From Octopus vulgaris (lineage: Eukaryota), in assembly GCA_951406725.2 (NCBI GenBank), contig OX597820.1, positions 77,748,001 through 77,812,000 on the forward strand: a stretch of DNA of 64,000 nt, given 5' to 3'. Positions 15,421-30,115 of this stretch are shown here, piece by piece. The translations under genes and the position numbers were made by a program. Within the stretch, counting starts at the first letter, position 1; each line of letters opens with the position of its first letter. The notes under the pieces were generated by a model. The model was given only the letters and a program-made list of their open reading frames with translations. It had not been told where the DNA came from and searched no databases.

Positions 15421-16715
15421 CAATAACATAACTGGAGTCTCTATGTGATAGGAGACTGATTCAGTTATATACCATCTACAACATGTTTAGATATTAAAAT
15501 ACAATTTTTTTCTTACTTCGCACTGGTAAATATATTTGTTATGACATGACTATTTATTCCTGCATGTAAAACTAAAATATATAGTCATAACAATACAAAT
15601 ACATTTGTTTTTCAGCCTAACAAGAGACCGATGTCAGTGAGATAATATTAAGTACAAAAAAAATCTTTGTTAAAAGTGATGGATAACGTCTGGAAACAAA
15701 ATATGTGCAAAAAACCTATTTCCTCAGTAGATAACATGAAAACAAAAATACACTGGAATCAGAAGAGATAACATTTATTATTTCATTACATATTTCTTTT
15801 GTGCGTATGATATTTTATTCAAATCTAGCTATAAACGAATATTGATAAAACTCTATAAGATGGAATATAAAAACAAAAAGATAGTGTGAGATTATTTCGT
15901 CCATCACATTTTCGTTCTTTGCAAGTATCGTCAAGTTTATATATGCAAGTTTCTATTTTGCATAAAATATAAGCTTTCTCAGCAAAATATAGTTGAAATG
16001 CATATTTCTCGTTGGTATTACTTCAAGGTAATCAATAGTTATTTTTAAGCTCTATTCACTAAACATTCAGTAGTAGCCAATGAAACGGTCTTCAAACGTT
16101 TTAACCAGTGTTACTAACTGCTTTTAGTTTTAAAAAATCTTGATTTCGAACGATAATGACTGCCATTTTCATCTCTGTCTCTCTACGTATATTTTTACCG
16201 GGATTTTAAATGATAATATATAATAATTAAAGTTACATATATTCCATATGTTCGTTCCCCATGTCAGAACAATTTACTTTTGTTATTTTAATCACAACAT
16301 GCTGTCTTACTGCAATATGAGGTAAAATCGGGACAATGGGAAACGATACGTCATGCGGGAAGTGATTTTTATTATTCTCAGTTACCATATTGAGGTTTCC
16401 AAAGTTCAGCATACAAGCACATATCTATCTTGCTTCCCCGCTCTCTCTCTCGCCTTCTCTATCTGCCTACCTATCTATCTCTCTGTCTAGCTCTCTATCT
16501 CTTTCTTTATTTCTTTATATAGGTAGAGACACTACTATCATCCTCATGCAACTACTGTTGTGTCAGCTGGGCATTCAAAAAGTTGTTGATAGGAAGGAAT
16601 GGTGATGGTTATATTAGTTTTGGGGTTGATGCCATATAGTGGCAATAGACGTTGACATTTATCTATAGCTATTAGTTTTCCCTCTTTCCCCTTCTCACCC
16701 CTCTTTCTCTCCCTC

Positions 16716-16750
<35 letters not shown>

Positions 16751-16868
16751 CAGTAAAATAATTAAGACTCAAATGAATTCTAATGAATTCAAATGAATGT
16801 AGTACTTAGCTTAGATGCACCAGAAATCTTTATGGCATTAACCATAAAATAATGTGGGGTGATTATAA

Positions 16869-17031
16869 ACAGGAAAAAAGCAACAAGAATGGATTAGTGT
16901 TCAGTACAATTGTTTCATACGAAGAACAGGTTTATTTAAAACTGCAAATATTTGCAGTTTTAAATAAACCTGTTCTTCGTATGAAACAATTGTACTGAAC
17001 GACTAATCCATTCTTGTTGCTTTTTTCCTGT
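16869..17031. repeat. Near-perfect spacerless palindrome containing the 3' half of a hammerhead in each arm
   Basis: About 81-bp arms, centre 16949/16950, one indel. GAAAC-AATT-GTA-CTGAA at 16983-16999. Flanked by (TA)n. Confidence 0.9.
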
Positions 17032-18539
17032 ATATATATATATATAAGGCAATCTTTATCTCCACTTTAATGTAATTCCACAACACGGAATACTGCATTA
17101 TTTACTTTGAGAGGATCTCTCATACGGATTCGCAGTGCACAAAAGCAGCTTCTATCATATATATATATATATATACAGAGAGAGAGAGAGAGATTTGATA
17201 ATGATTTTCGCAACACCCTGCCCCCAATGGCCAACAGAGGAATGCCGCGGTCGTTCCCACAATCAGCTCGAACTACTTCCGGTTTATGACTGATGACTAT
17301 CTAGGATACACACTCATTAGAAAGACAAATGTTGTACAGCCTCAATAGCTTATTGGGGAGTCTGCTTCTCTTTCTAAGCACGTCTGAGGCCTAGTACTTT
17401 GTTATTTGCCGTGGCCTTCAAGGCTTCCTCCAGCTCCTTAATGAGTAGATGTCACCTCATCTCTGGTGCAGCGTTAGTCATATGCAGATATCAAGCTGAG
17501 CACCTAGCTAATAGAGTAGGTTACAAAATATTCTAGCTCTAGGTCGGTGCGCAGTCTCCTCCCCTCTCTTGTCTTATGCTTAATTAATGCTACCGCATTG
17601 TTACTAATACCATAGATGGCATTCAGTTACATTAACAACCCCTAATAATCGTGCTTGTTGGCCATGCTCTGCAAAGCTTCTGCCTATCTGTGCCATCAGT
17701 TGATCTTCATCTATCTAATTGTCCCTACATGTACATGGAGTTGATGCGAGTCCAGTCTCGAGATTTGTGTTCTATCTAGCATATTAGATGGCAGGCTCGC
17801 GTTCCTGATGTTGGGCACGAATGTTCTCATTACATCATCGTAGATGCGCTGAGTGAGACATTTTTACCTCTCTTCCAATGCTAAGGAGAAAGGTTGATTC
17901 CTCTCAAATTCTTTGTCAACTCTTAAATATATATCTCCTTCTGGGAATATATATTCTAGCAATTAAAACATGATTTTTATTGAACTTCTAATAATTTTGT
18001 GTATGTATATAGATACAAACAAACAAGCATGATTTTTACTGAACTCCTAATACTTTTTGTTTAATATTTTCTTAAATACTTTCTTGTAAACTGCTTCTAA
18101 CATTTTCTTGTTACTATCAAAGAACGTATATATGTAGTTTAATAATTTTGTGACAACCAGTACTTAACACAACAAAGCTCATACAAAGCTTTACATTTTA
18201 TATTTGACAATCTTTTTCTAAAAAAGTGAAACTTGTCAAGTGAATAAATATCGTTAAAATTGCATTTTCAAACCTTTGTATTAATGTGTGTATGTATGTA
18301 CGTGTGTATATATACGTGCAGATGCGTATATATAGATATATTAAAATATATGAGTGTGCGTTCGAATGTATGTGCGTCTATGTGTGTATACATGTTCCGA
18401 AAAGATCAAAGCTATTTAAGAGGCGGAAAGAGAGCGAATAATAAGGTTTTTGATAATGAAACCTTGACGGCTCTACAAATCTTTCAGTGCTTCCACTCAT
18501 TTCGTTGACTTTCATTTCACAAACATAGATATTCGTTTC

Positions 18540-18540
18540 A

Positions 18541-18619
<79 letters not shown>

Positions 18620-18735
18620 GATCTTTCGTTCATGCTTACATAGACATTTATGTTTTCTCTCATTCTTGAGGTTATATATATATATATATATATACATACA
18701 TACATACATACATATATAAAAATATACATATACAT

Positions 18736-18779
<44 letters not shown>

Positions 18780-18798
18780 GTGCATGTATATACACACG

Positions 18799-18845
<47 letters not shown>

Positions 18846-18923
18846 CTATATACATACATATACCTCTCTTTGTATGTTTGGATATATATGTGTATGCATT
18901 TAACAGTATACTTAAAGATATAT

Positions 18924-18970
<47 letters not shown>
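18540..18970. repeat. Compound (TA)n/(CATA)n microsatellite field
   Basis: Direct reading. Confidence 0.95.
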
Positions 18971-18971
<1 letters not shown>

Positions 18972-19698
18972 GCTTATATATACGTTTGCATGTATACATT
19001 TGTAAACAAATATATAATTATATAAATGCTGATGTATTTTTTATATCACTTCCTTCGTGTATGTTTCGGTGAATCTGTCAGTTTAAGGCAATATCTTTGG
19101 AAATCTTTGAGAAAAATGCTTTTAAAGTTACATCAGATGAACACAACGGATTTAATTCTGTGAGAAAGGTAGAATAGAAATCTATCAGACCTGTCAAGTT
19201 CAACGAAAGCATGAATTACACATATTATGCAACATATATATCACACGTATATACATCCATATTCTTATATTATATCCCTATCCATGTCAATTAACTCATG
19301 CGAAACACTTCATTTGATAAATAGTTGAAACACCATAAATATAGTGGTTCATATTGTCTTGCCGAGTGTGAAAATAAACAATAAATTTGGAACTTATTTT
19401 GCACTTATTTAGGTAACATGAGCATAAAAAGGCCTGTTTCCGAAAAAGGATTATCTCTTTTATTCATGTAGCATTTTATGTTTACTAGTATAGCTGAAAG
19501 AACATCATGAATTTAAAGGTTATTACATCACATTCTATCACGCATCCACTAACCAAAATATTTACAGTTACCCAGACATCCATAAAATGTGGAACAATTT
19601 CCTTCATTATGTATATATCAGTACGTATGTATTGGTATATGTAATTTTATATATGTACATGTATATATGCATATAATATAATATCATATATCATTAAG

Positions 19699-19755
<57 letters not shown>

Positions 19756-19835
19756 TACGCAAGAAACAAAAGACGAAGATAGGTGGTGTACAAAACAAAC
19801 AGATGTATTAGTATAACGCTCAGGAATAGAAACAG

Positions 19836-19872
19836 TCTTTTACGTTTCGAGCCTACGCTCTTCTACAGAAAC
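19836..19872 (-). ncRNA. Minimal hammerhead-like motif with non-canonical core
   Basis: TTT-CTGTAGA-A-GAGC-gtag-GCTC-GAAAC-GTA-AAAG, within a ~150-bp insert between (TA)n runs. Confidence 0.55.
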
Positions 19873-20000
19873 GGACACAGAAAAAACAAGGAGAGAAAAA
19901 ATATATATATATATATGTAATTATTAAACAGGACATCAAACATTAAGGCAAGGCAAACATTTCAAGTCATACAATTTTATAATAGGAAGACATTTTACAA

Positions 20001-20054
20001 TCTTACAGCTGTTTCTAGGATATCCCCGAGTATGTGATATTCCGTCATCACAGA
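20001..20054 (-). ncRNA. Hammerhead-like motif (C3G change) in a probable PLE terminal-repeat fragment
   Basis: TCT-GTGATGA-C-GGAATATC...GATATCC-TA-GAAAC-AGCT-GTA-AGA. Confidence 0.65.
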
Positions 20055-20981
20055 CAAATAGGGGAAAATATGGAAAATGAGAATGGTATATATTACTAAG
20101 ATGAAAACTTAGAAGAAGGGAGTAAAAGAATGAAGAGATGGAAAGACAGAAGATAAAAGAAGCATAAAAGTTCATATTTCAAGTTTCCAAAATTATAGAA
20201 ACCAGAGCATGAGTCCTTAGGTGCAATCCTGCGTATAGCCATGTGGGTTAAAGTCCTGATATAGTAGACAATCCAAGAAAAAGACGCAAACATATCAACG
20301 TTCAATAACATAACATTTATATAACTGCTGCATCGGAAATCTGCAATGGCTCCATAACTACCGTCACAGCCATAACCTTGGAACCTCAGTAGTCCGTTAC
20401 AACACTTACCTAACTTACGTAATCATTTAGATTACCTGTGAACTATATATATATATATATATATTCTTTTTTCTCGCCCCTCATTAATTCTTCTGTCACT
20501 CTGCTTCTACTTCTCTTCTCTTCCCACGTGACCGCCGGTCATCCTAGCCTGTGCTTTCTTTCTTGGTCTGACCGCTGTCGGTGCAACATCGATATTCTTT
20601 CCTGTAATTGTGAAAACTTTGTTCCTCTGCCGCAAGTCTTCATTTCCACAGACACCAGCTTAATTCAATTCGTCCTTAGTCGAAAAACACCAGTTGCTAT
20701 GCCCTGCTATTATTTTTATTGGATTTATTATTGTATTTATATTTGTGTAACTTTGCCCGTTTTTTTTCATCCTTGTTTTTGTATACATTCCCTGCTTTCT
20801 TCCGAGGAATCTAATGCTCTTAGCTTAGTTTTTCCTTGGGGCTGGCCAGATTGGGGCAATCTCAAGAATAATCAGCCGAAATTGCGAGGATAATCTGGTG
20901 CTTGACTAAGGATAGAGGGCTTCGAATGACCCGTCCTTGTTTTCTTTGTATCCGGATAGTTTGCGTTCTTGTCCCATTTTG

Positions 20982-21024
<43 letters not shown>

Positions 21025-21335
21025 TTATCAATCCCATACTCTTAATCCACACATATGGAGGGAGTATTATGATGGCAGGCTTCGATTTGAGGTGGTGACG
21101 AATACTCTCTGAAAGCGCCCGGGGTTAAAACATCTCGGAGAATATTCTCCGTCGCACCATATCACAACCTACCAACAAATACGCTGCGAGTGTACAATAA
21201 TTAGATATATGGATAATACTGTTTATTACAGTGGCACATATTCCATTTCCTCTTTGAATACAGACACACACACACTCACACACATACACACACACATACA
21301 CACGCACACATATGTGTGTGTGTGACTGAGTTTAA

Positions 21336-21800
21336 AGGTGCAGGCGCGTCCGTGTGATACGTAGATTGCTTCTCAAACACATGGTTCCGGGTTCAGTCCC
21401 ACTGCGTGACACCTTGAGTGAGTGTCTTCTAATAAATCCTCGGGCCAACCAAAGCCCTGTTTGTGGAGTTGGTCGACGGAAACTGAAAGAGCCCCGTCGT
21501 GTATATGTATATATATATCTATGCATAGTTATATGAGTGTATTTGTGTGTGCGTGTCTGTATGTGTGTGTATGAGTTTGTAGTCTTTGTGTCTGCTTTGG
21601 CTCTCACCATCAACGCTTGACAACCAGCGTTGGTATGTTTACATTCCTGTAACTTAGAGGTTTGGTAAAAGACACCGATAGATTACGTAACAGGCATTTG
21701 AATATAAGTACTGAGGTCAACTTTTTAGACTAAAACGAATTCTTCAAGGTGGCACCCCAGCATGACCACAGTCTAATGACAGAAACAAATATAAAATAAA
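21336..21800 (+). mobile_element. SINE family A
   Basis: GGTTCCGGGTTCAGTCCCACTGCG head, GGAAACTGAAAGA, internal TG repeats, CCAGCATGACCACAGTC tail. Confidence 0.9.
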
Positions 21801-21826
21801 TGATATAGGTGTATCTGTCTATCTAT

Positions 21827-21891
<65 letters not shown>

Positions 21892-22129
21892 TATATTTGA
21901 CAGAAATGAGGAGGCTGATTTGCTGGTGTAAAGATAACTTTGTCGCGTTAACAATGAGACCTGGGTTCGACTCCCACGCGGATAGGAAAGCCTTCTTTTT
22001 TCTGTCGAGGGTTTATATGCCCGTCTATTAGACTATGTTCCTTAGTCATTGCACGCAAATCGCCATTATTATTGTAAACAAGGCACCTTAGAAAAAAACC
22101 ATTCGCTCCAAAAGCATATATATGTAGAG

Positions 22130-22485
<356 letters not shown>

Positions 22486-22844
22486 CTAAATGTCATTCAA
22501 TTAAAAAGATTCATTAAGAACGCAAACATAACATGTAAGACGTCTGAAAATGGCCAGATATATTTGGATACAACTCAGCTAAATAATACCACATTATAGA
22601 CGACAAATATTAACAAGATAATCTACTTATGTAAAAATTAATCCCAATTATCAACCGACAATCTAGCTCACACTGGATACTTGGTGCCGCCGAAATAAGT
22701 AAGCTACGTCACTGGTTCACCTTTTAAATTAAATTAAGCCTGTTGACAGAGGAAAGGCAATCTCTTATCTCGGCATTGAATAAAGTTCTACTGAAACACA
22801 AGTTGCTAATTTAGACGCTATTGTGTGGTACTATTTTATTTATT

Positions 22845-22908
<64 letters not shown>

Positions 22909-22948
22909 CAGACAAACAAATAGACAGATAGATGGATATATAGATAGA

Positions 22949-23155
22949 CGAGAACGCACTGGAAAGTTCTTGGCGTTGAGTAAAAGAGCATGCAGGAGGA
23001 TCAGTTATTGAACATACTCCCCTCTCATATGTACTCATTTATTGCGATGGTCCTTTAGTTTTTCTAAGCTCGGTAAAAGAACTTGGAAGTTTGTGACTCC
23101 AGCCAGGCCTTTCGCGATACTCTTAAAACCAGGAACTACTCAGCACTCCTGCTTA
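22949..23155. mobile_element. Possible mariner-derived MITE
   Basis: Imperfect terminal inverted match GCACTGGAAAGTTCTTGG / CCAGGAACTACTCAGCAC about 200 bp apart. Confidence 0.4.
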
Positions 23156-23171
23156 ATAACATATACTTTCG

Positions 23172-23605
<434 letters not shown>

Positions 23606-23610
23606 ATATG

Positions 23611-23668
<58 letters not shown>

Positions 23669-24589
23669 ACCCACCAAACACACGCACACACACACACATA
23701 TATATATACATACGAAGGGAGAAAGATGAAGACTTATTTTCACATTAATATGCATCTGCACATATGCGCGCGCATGTGTCTATTTAATGTACCCCAGTTT
23801 AAATCTTCCATAATGTATATACTTTAAGTCTATATCCTAATTTTCATAAATTATTCAGAAGATCATTTTTTAAAAATACATTGATAGATATTTAGTTTTG
23901 ATATTGTACAACGCTATGCTTTCGGTCTAAATTATTAATACAATGTTCTGGATTTGAAATACTCCAACATTCCGAGAATTTGTTTAATACTACTTTGATA
24001 ATTACTAACAGATATGTATGCAAATTAGCTCTGAGCGTACTTAGAAAAACACAATCGATTCACTAATGAAAAGACAAGGTGCTGCAGCCCCTGCAGAGGC
24101 CGAAAAGACTGACAAATTATCCACATGATGTTAGAACATATTGCAAGAGAATACAAAATGTTATATCAATGGGGCGGTAAAATGTATAAAATTGCTTCAA
24201 ATGACTGCTGATACGAAGAGTATAAAGAGTTTCAAAATTACGGCACTGACATGATTAAGCATGGAAAGAAACCTATTTGGGAAAGTCAATCGCTGATAGC
24301 CATTATCTTTACAGCTTGTTATTGCCCTTATACTATTATTCATAAAATTACTATATTCGGAGATATTGTGCTGTTCAAGGGTGACCTATGGTAGATTCGT
24401 AGATTTCGTGGACAGATGGATAAAATTGTTGTTACAGTGTGTTTAGGAAATGCATCAGATAGAATTTTCTACTTTATGGTGTTGCTGTTGAAATTTCGTC
24501 GACTCCACCTTCCACTTTGTTGTCGTCGTATATATTTCAGCGTCGCTGCTGCCACTGAGGCTTTTTTTTTGTCATTGGTATTCTTGCTA

Positions 24590-24690
24590 TTGTCGTTGTT
24601 GTTGTTGTTTTTGTTGTTGTTATTGTTTTGTTGTTGTTGTTGTTGTTGTTGTTGTTCTTGTTGTTGTTGATGTTGATGTTGTTCTTGGTA
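24590..24690. repeat. (TTG)n microsatellite
   Basis: Direct reading. Confidence 0.9.
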
Positions 24691-25382
24691 TTCGTGTTGT
24701 CTTTTTTAATATCGTTGCAGCTCTTACTGTTATTGTTACTGTCGCAACGAATCGCCGACTCACCAACATTGCTACAACTCGATGTGCGTTGCACATATCC
24801 CGTCAAATACGTACCCCACTAGTCTCTTAGGTTATAAACAAGATAAATATCCCAAAACATACATTCCTCAATAATATATTCCATGCTCATCTTACAACTC
24901 CACAACTGTCAAGCTCTAAGAAGAAGTGAAGTTTGATTTCACTTGTCTCTAGTTTTCCAATACATATAACATAACTGAATATTCGAAACTTTGTAAAATG
25001 ACAATAAAAAGCAGTGGATAGAGATTCTGCAACTCAACGCACACATCTAGAGATGACATCCTCTTAATATGACTGTCTTTAAAGAACTATATTTAGAAGA
25101 TCTGAAATATGTAATATTATTGTTCATTCATAGGTGACAGTTTCCATAACAACTTTGTTAATCGTTGTGATCGAATTTTACACATGACTAGTAAATAAAC
25201 ACAAGAAGACTATCGGCGATCATACTTATTTGAGAGTAGAGTAACTATAATTTTTATAACAAAAATGTTACAACTTTTGAGACGAGGCTAATAATCGGGA
25301 GATTTTTAACAGAGTTTACAGTGTTTTACATAATCCTGCACACAAATACGTCTGTGTACGCGCACGTATACACACACACACT

Positions 25383-25425
<43 letters not shown>

Positions 25426-25678
25426 TTCAAAAGAAAATCTTTCTCATATAGTGCTTGCTTGACTCAACTCACAAAACTTTGGCTGCTATTTCTAATGAGT
25501 TCAGTATGCGGCAAAGTAATTTATTTTACTAAGCCCTTTTATATAATGTAATAATTTGAATATGAGAGAGATTTTTTAAGTATTAGAAATAGCTTTAAAA
25601 AGTTTTTTAGCTGCTATTTCTAATGAGTTCAGTATGCGGCAAAGTAATTTATTTTACTAAGCCCTTTTATATAATGTA

Positions 25679-25744
<66 letters not shown>

Positions 25745-26654
25745 TTTCGTATTTTCATATGGAAATATACAACGAAAATTGCAGTAACCGCAGCGGAGAG
25801 ATTTCAAAACCAAAGGTGACTAAACAATGGATTTGAAAAGCTCAAAATTCTGTAAAAGGAAACAATGGATAGCAGTAAATAAATGAAGTGGCAGTAGAGT
25901 TTATGGATACAAAATCAATTTAGTAAACAAATCAAAACCTTTTGCTACTTTGCTTTGTAGTGATTCTACAGAGTATGAACAACTAAATCGATCGTTTAAT
26001 AATATCGAGCAAGGGCAAAAACGTCATTGGTAATCGTTTGTATTCCAATTAACTTTATATATTTTTTTCATTAAATATCTTCAGTGAAACACCGAAACAC
26101 TGCTCATTAGAGGCTTTTTTTATTTTCATTTTTTTTTTGTATTTTGCTTTACTCCAAAGTCTATTGTTTCATACTTTTGAACTTTGGTGCTCCCTAACTT
26201 CATATTAAGTATATGCTGCTTCCGAAATTTAATTATGAAATTGTATGAGCAACTCTGTAACTCATCATAAAAATATATTTTATGTAAAAGCAAACAATAA
26301 ACTAATTTGGTTTATTGGAATTATATACTCATATTAGGATGTTGCATGTCTATAAAGTTTCAAATTAATTCTCTTTATAAAAATATGCGAATAACAGTAG
26401 AAGTATTTCTGATTCTCTCCGAGAAACAATACGTTACTGTTAAGCTTCTTAACTGAATCCTTTTTTGTCTTAACTGAATCCTTTTTTGTCTGAAACATAT
26501 CAATGATACAATAAAATATCTCCCTTCTGAAGAAATATAACTTTAATGCCCCGTAAACAAAGAAATAATGGTTAATTTAATACATGATTGCAGTATGTTA
26601 AAAATAATGCGTATTGGTTGAGATTCACATTTGAAGGCTTATGTGATTTGCCAT

Positions 26655-27465
26655 AGGCGCAGATTTAGCTCTCTGGATAAGAGGCTCAATTCGGGGTGAC
26701 ATCGTTTCGTGTTCAGTCCCACTTCGCGGCACCTAGAGTACTTTCTATTATAGGCAGGAGGCAATCAATGATTGTGAGGGAATTTGGGATACGGAAAATG
26801 TGTGGAAGCCCGTCATGTGTGTGTGTGTGTTTATGTTTGGCCCTACCATTCTTATTTCTTTATTGCTCACAAGGGGCTAAACATAGTGGGGACAAACAAG
26901 GACAAACAAAGGTATTAAGTCGATTACATCGACCCCAGTGCGTAATTGGTATTTAATTTATCGACACCGAAAGGATGAAAGGCAAAGTCGACCTCGGCGG
27001 AATTGGAACTCACATCGTAACGGCAGACGAAATACCTATTTTTTTACTACCCACAAGGGGTTAAACACAAAGATGACAAACAAGGGCAGTCAAACGGATT
27101 AAGTCGATTATATCGACCCCAGTGCGTAACTGGTACTTATTTAATCGACCCCGAAAGGATGAAAGGCAAAGTCGACCTCGGCGGAATTTGAACTCAGAAC
27201 TTAGCGGCAGGCAAAATACTGCTAAGCATTTCGCCCGGTGTGCTAAGCATTTCGCCAGCTCGCCGCCCTACCTTTCTGCTCGACAAAAGAGGTTCTTAGC
27301 TTTATGTCAGCGTGAGATAGCAGCACGTCAAAATTAACTGATAGAATAAGTATCTGAGTTAAAACTAAAACCAATAAATAATTACTGGGGTGGATTCGCT
27401 CAACTAAAACCATTCAAAGTCGGTAGCCCTGCATGGCTGCAGTCAAATGACTGACGCGAGGAAAA
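26655..27465 (+). mobile_element. Old SINE A split by a nested SINE B
   Basis: Head and body at 26655-26847 (GTTCAGTCCCACT). Tail at ~27340-27465 (GCATGGCTGCAGTCAAATGACTG). Confidence 0.75.
26848..27267 (-). mobile_element. SINE family B, internally duplicated (dimeric) form
   Basis: Two copies of GAAAGGATGAAAGGCAAAGTCGACCTCGGCGGAATT. 5' end GGCGGCGAGCTGGC. CTACC direct repeats at 26843-26847 and 27268-27272. Confidence 0.9.
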
Positions 27466-28725
27466 CGTAACTGATAATTATGTTTCAATAAAAACCCTGT
27501 ATCGCCCATGAATACGTCACCGTGTCCCTAGCTACGATGTCAATATCGCCTAAGTATATCTTTATTTGATTTGAAAGTTTCACAGTAACACTATACTGGA
27601 TCAACATAGCAGAATAATCAGATTTCTGTTCGCAATCACAGGTTTTCAGCTTCTTTATTGATTTCTTAGCCAAGAAAAAGAAAATAATAAAGAAATCAAT
27701 GACATTTGAAACACTAAATTAAGCATCTATTTTCAGATGTGAACACTATCGACTTTCGTTAAAGACTTTCACTAAGCCAGTCACCGCTTCACTGCATTTC
27801 TGATGGCCAGTGAGATAAGGGAGTGCCACTAGATTTTATGGTATATTAAGGAGATTTATCCACTTTGCCATATACATTAACAAAACGATCATGTGTGTCT
27901 GTGTATTTTCTAATTGGATCCTATCTTAGAGGTGCTTGCGATATCTACCCACACTATTCTCCCAAGGATAGTGGGCATATATGCGCGCGCGCTAGTGTGT
28001 GTGAATGTATTTTGTGTTTTTGTATGTAAGTGTGTGTGTTTCTGTATGTGTGTGTGTCTTCTTTGTTGATGACGTTGCAACCAGATTTCGCCACTTCTTT
28101 CGTTCATCTGTTTTCTTCTGTGTGTCAGTAACCTGGGCACGACCCTTGATACTGTATGGTTTCTGATCTGGTTGTCATCATCATGAATGTATCATGGGCA
28201 GATTAGTTTGGCAGTGCCGATTACTCTCCAAGTTGTTAACCACAACCGTAAGTCTCTACAGGAGACACGTCTCGGCTCTAAGCATTCGGCCGTTGACTTG
28301 AGGATGTTCCCCTGCCTTAATCCATAACTTCTTGGCAAGCATTTCCCGGAGTGTTTCGCCTACTGGTGCAGGATCACCATCATCCCCCACATGGTTTAGT
28401 CCACCAGCTGAAGTGAGGTGCCAGGGTGCGATGCTTGGAGCCGTGACGTGGTGAGAGATTAGAAGGTGAATGAGAACCACTGATACCCGTGCCCCTTATC
28501 ATCTCTAGTAATGTGCAGCTGTTCGACACCAAAGGTAATATATCTCTATTCAAAGCTCTCGATTCTTGAACCAGTCGTTAACTTTTGCCAATAAATAGAA
28601 ATATTTGAGTTCTTGAGTTCGATTTTTCTGCTAGTATCACCACACACACATACACACACACACAAACTTACACGCTAATACACACACACGCGTATGTATA
28701 TATACAATTGTGTATATATTATGCA

Positions 28726-28759
<34 letters not shown>

Positions 28760-29761
28760 AAAAAGTGATTAACGAGAACGTACCAAGACACATGTGGATT
28801 GTATGCGATTCTATGGATTCTAATCTCATAATTACTCGTACGTTCAGATCTGTGTTACGCGTGAATCCACATAAATGAAATTTCTCTTCCCAAAAATGTT
28901 ATACGTGGGACCGCTCACTGTCCGGTCAAAACACATAAAGTATATGTAATGCTTATATTAAACCTGTTCAAAGAAATCAGTGATTTACGTAAACGCCGCA
29001 TTACTACTCTTCAATTAAAGTACAAACCAAGCGTATGAATTAACACAAAAATTACTTAGCACAACACAAGTTAACCCAGAAGAAAATTATTATTATCCAA
29101 CTTGCTTTCATAACGAATTGTATCATTATATACATTCAGATTCGGTTTTATGGACACCATCCATAATTTATACAGATTTAATTCGATAGACAGCAAACGA
29201 CATTTCTGACCTTTTTATAACCAATTATTTCCAACAACTAACGCTGAATAGGTTTATAAAGCTCTGCATACGTTCTCTCGATTACCAACGGACACAATTT
29301 TGCCAGATATAGACAGAAACACGCGCATAAACTCACAGAGATAGACAAATACATACATAAATATACATACACACATACACATGTATCCATAGACTGTATT
29401 CTATATATATTCAAGTCATTTTTTTAATATTTAAACTAAATTACTATGCCATGCGTTTATGTAAAAGACTGTATAATTCACATAGTACTGTTATCTCAGA
29501 CGCTATCGTGAATTGTAACAAGTCGCAAGTAGAAAAATATTAAATTCTGTATTTTATACGAAATAAATCTTTTCTATGTAACAGCATTGTGTATTTCTTT
29601 CCTGTAATACGCAGAATGTCTGATATTTTCTCTGTTCATGACACATACTTTATACTCTCTTTTGATACTTTCATACAATATTTGAAATTTCTCACTTTTA
29701 TTGTTAAATAAATGACGCCTTTTAGAGCTATTCAGAACTGTTTTGAAATGCCTCAACCATA

Positions 29762-30115
29762 AGCGCAGGCGCGGCTGTATAGTAAGATGTTTGCTTCCGA
29801 ACCACGTCGTTCCAGGTTCAGTCCCACTGCGTAATACATGGGACAAATGTCTTCTGTTATAGCCTAGAGACGTTTAAAGCCTTGCGAGTAGATTTGGTAG
29901 GTGTGTGTGTCTTTGTATTTGGTCCCCACTACAATGCTTAACAAATGGTGTTGGATTTTTTGCGGCCCCGTAACTGAGCGGTACGCCAAAAGATAACTAT
30001 AGAATTAGTGCTGGGCTCCAAAAGAGGATAAGTATTGTGTTCGATTCGTTCCATTAAGAATTCTTCGTGGTAATGCTCCAGTATGGCCGCAGTTTAATAA
30101 CTGAAAGATAAAAGA
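29762..30115 (+). mobile_element. SINE family A
   Basis: GCGCAGGCGCGGCTGT head, GGTTCAGTCCCACTGCG, CCAGTATGGCCGCAGT tail. Confidence 0.85.

Noticed and set aside
17200-17900. LINE APE-endonuclease remnant (LSLISAY, minus) and a CTGATGA at ~17290
   Set aside because: Only one motif is recognisable, and the CTGATGA lacks a proper GAAA/stem III.
20890-20945. Hammerhead-like CTAAGGA...CGAATG..GTC
   Set aside because: Too many core changes and no stem I pairing.
24440-24822. PolyQ/polyN coding exon on the minus strand
   Set aside because: A (CAA)n microsatellite with nearby stops and no convincing splice sites.
28040-28500. GC-richer block, possible L1/Tx1 3' end or exon
   Set aside because: No diagnostic motif or paired splice signals.
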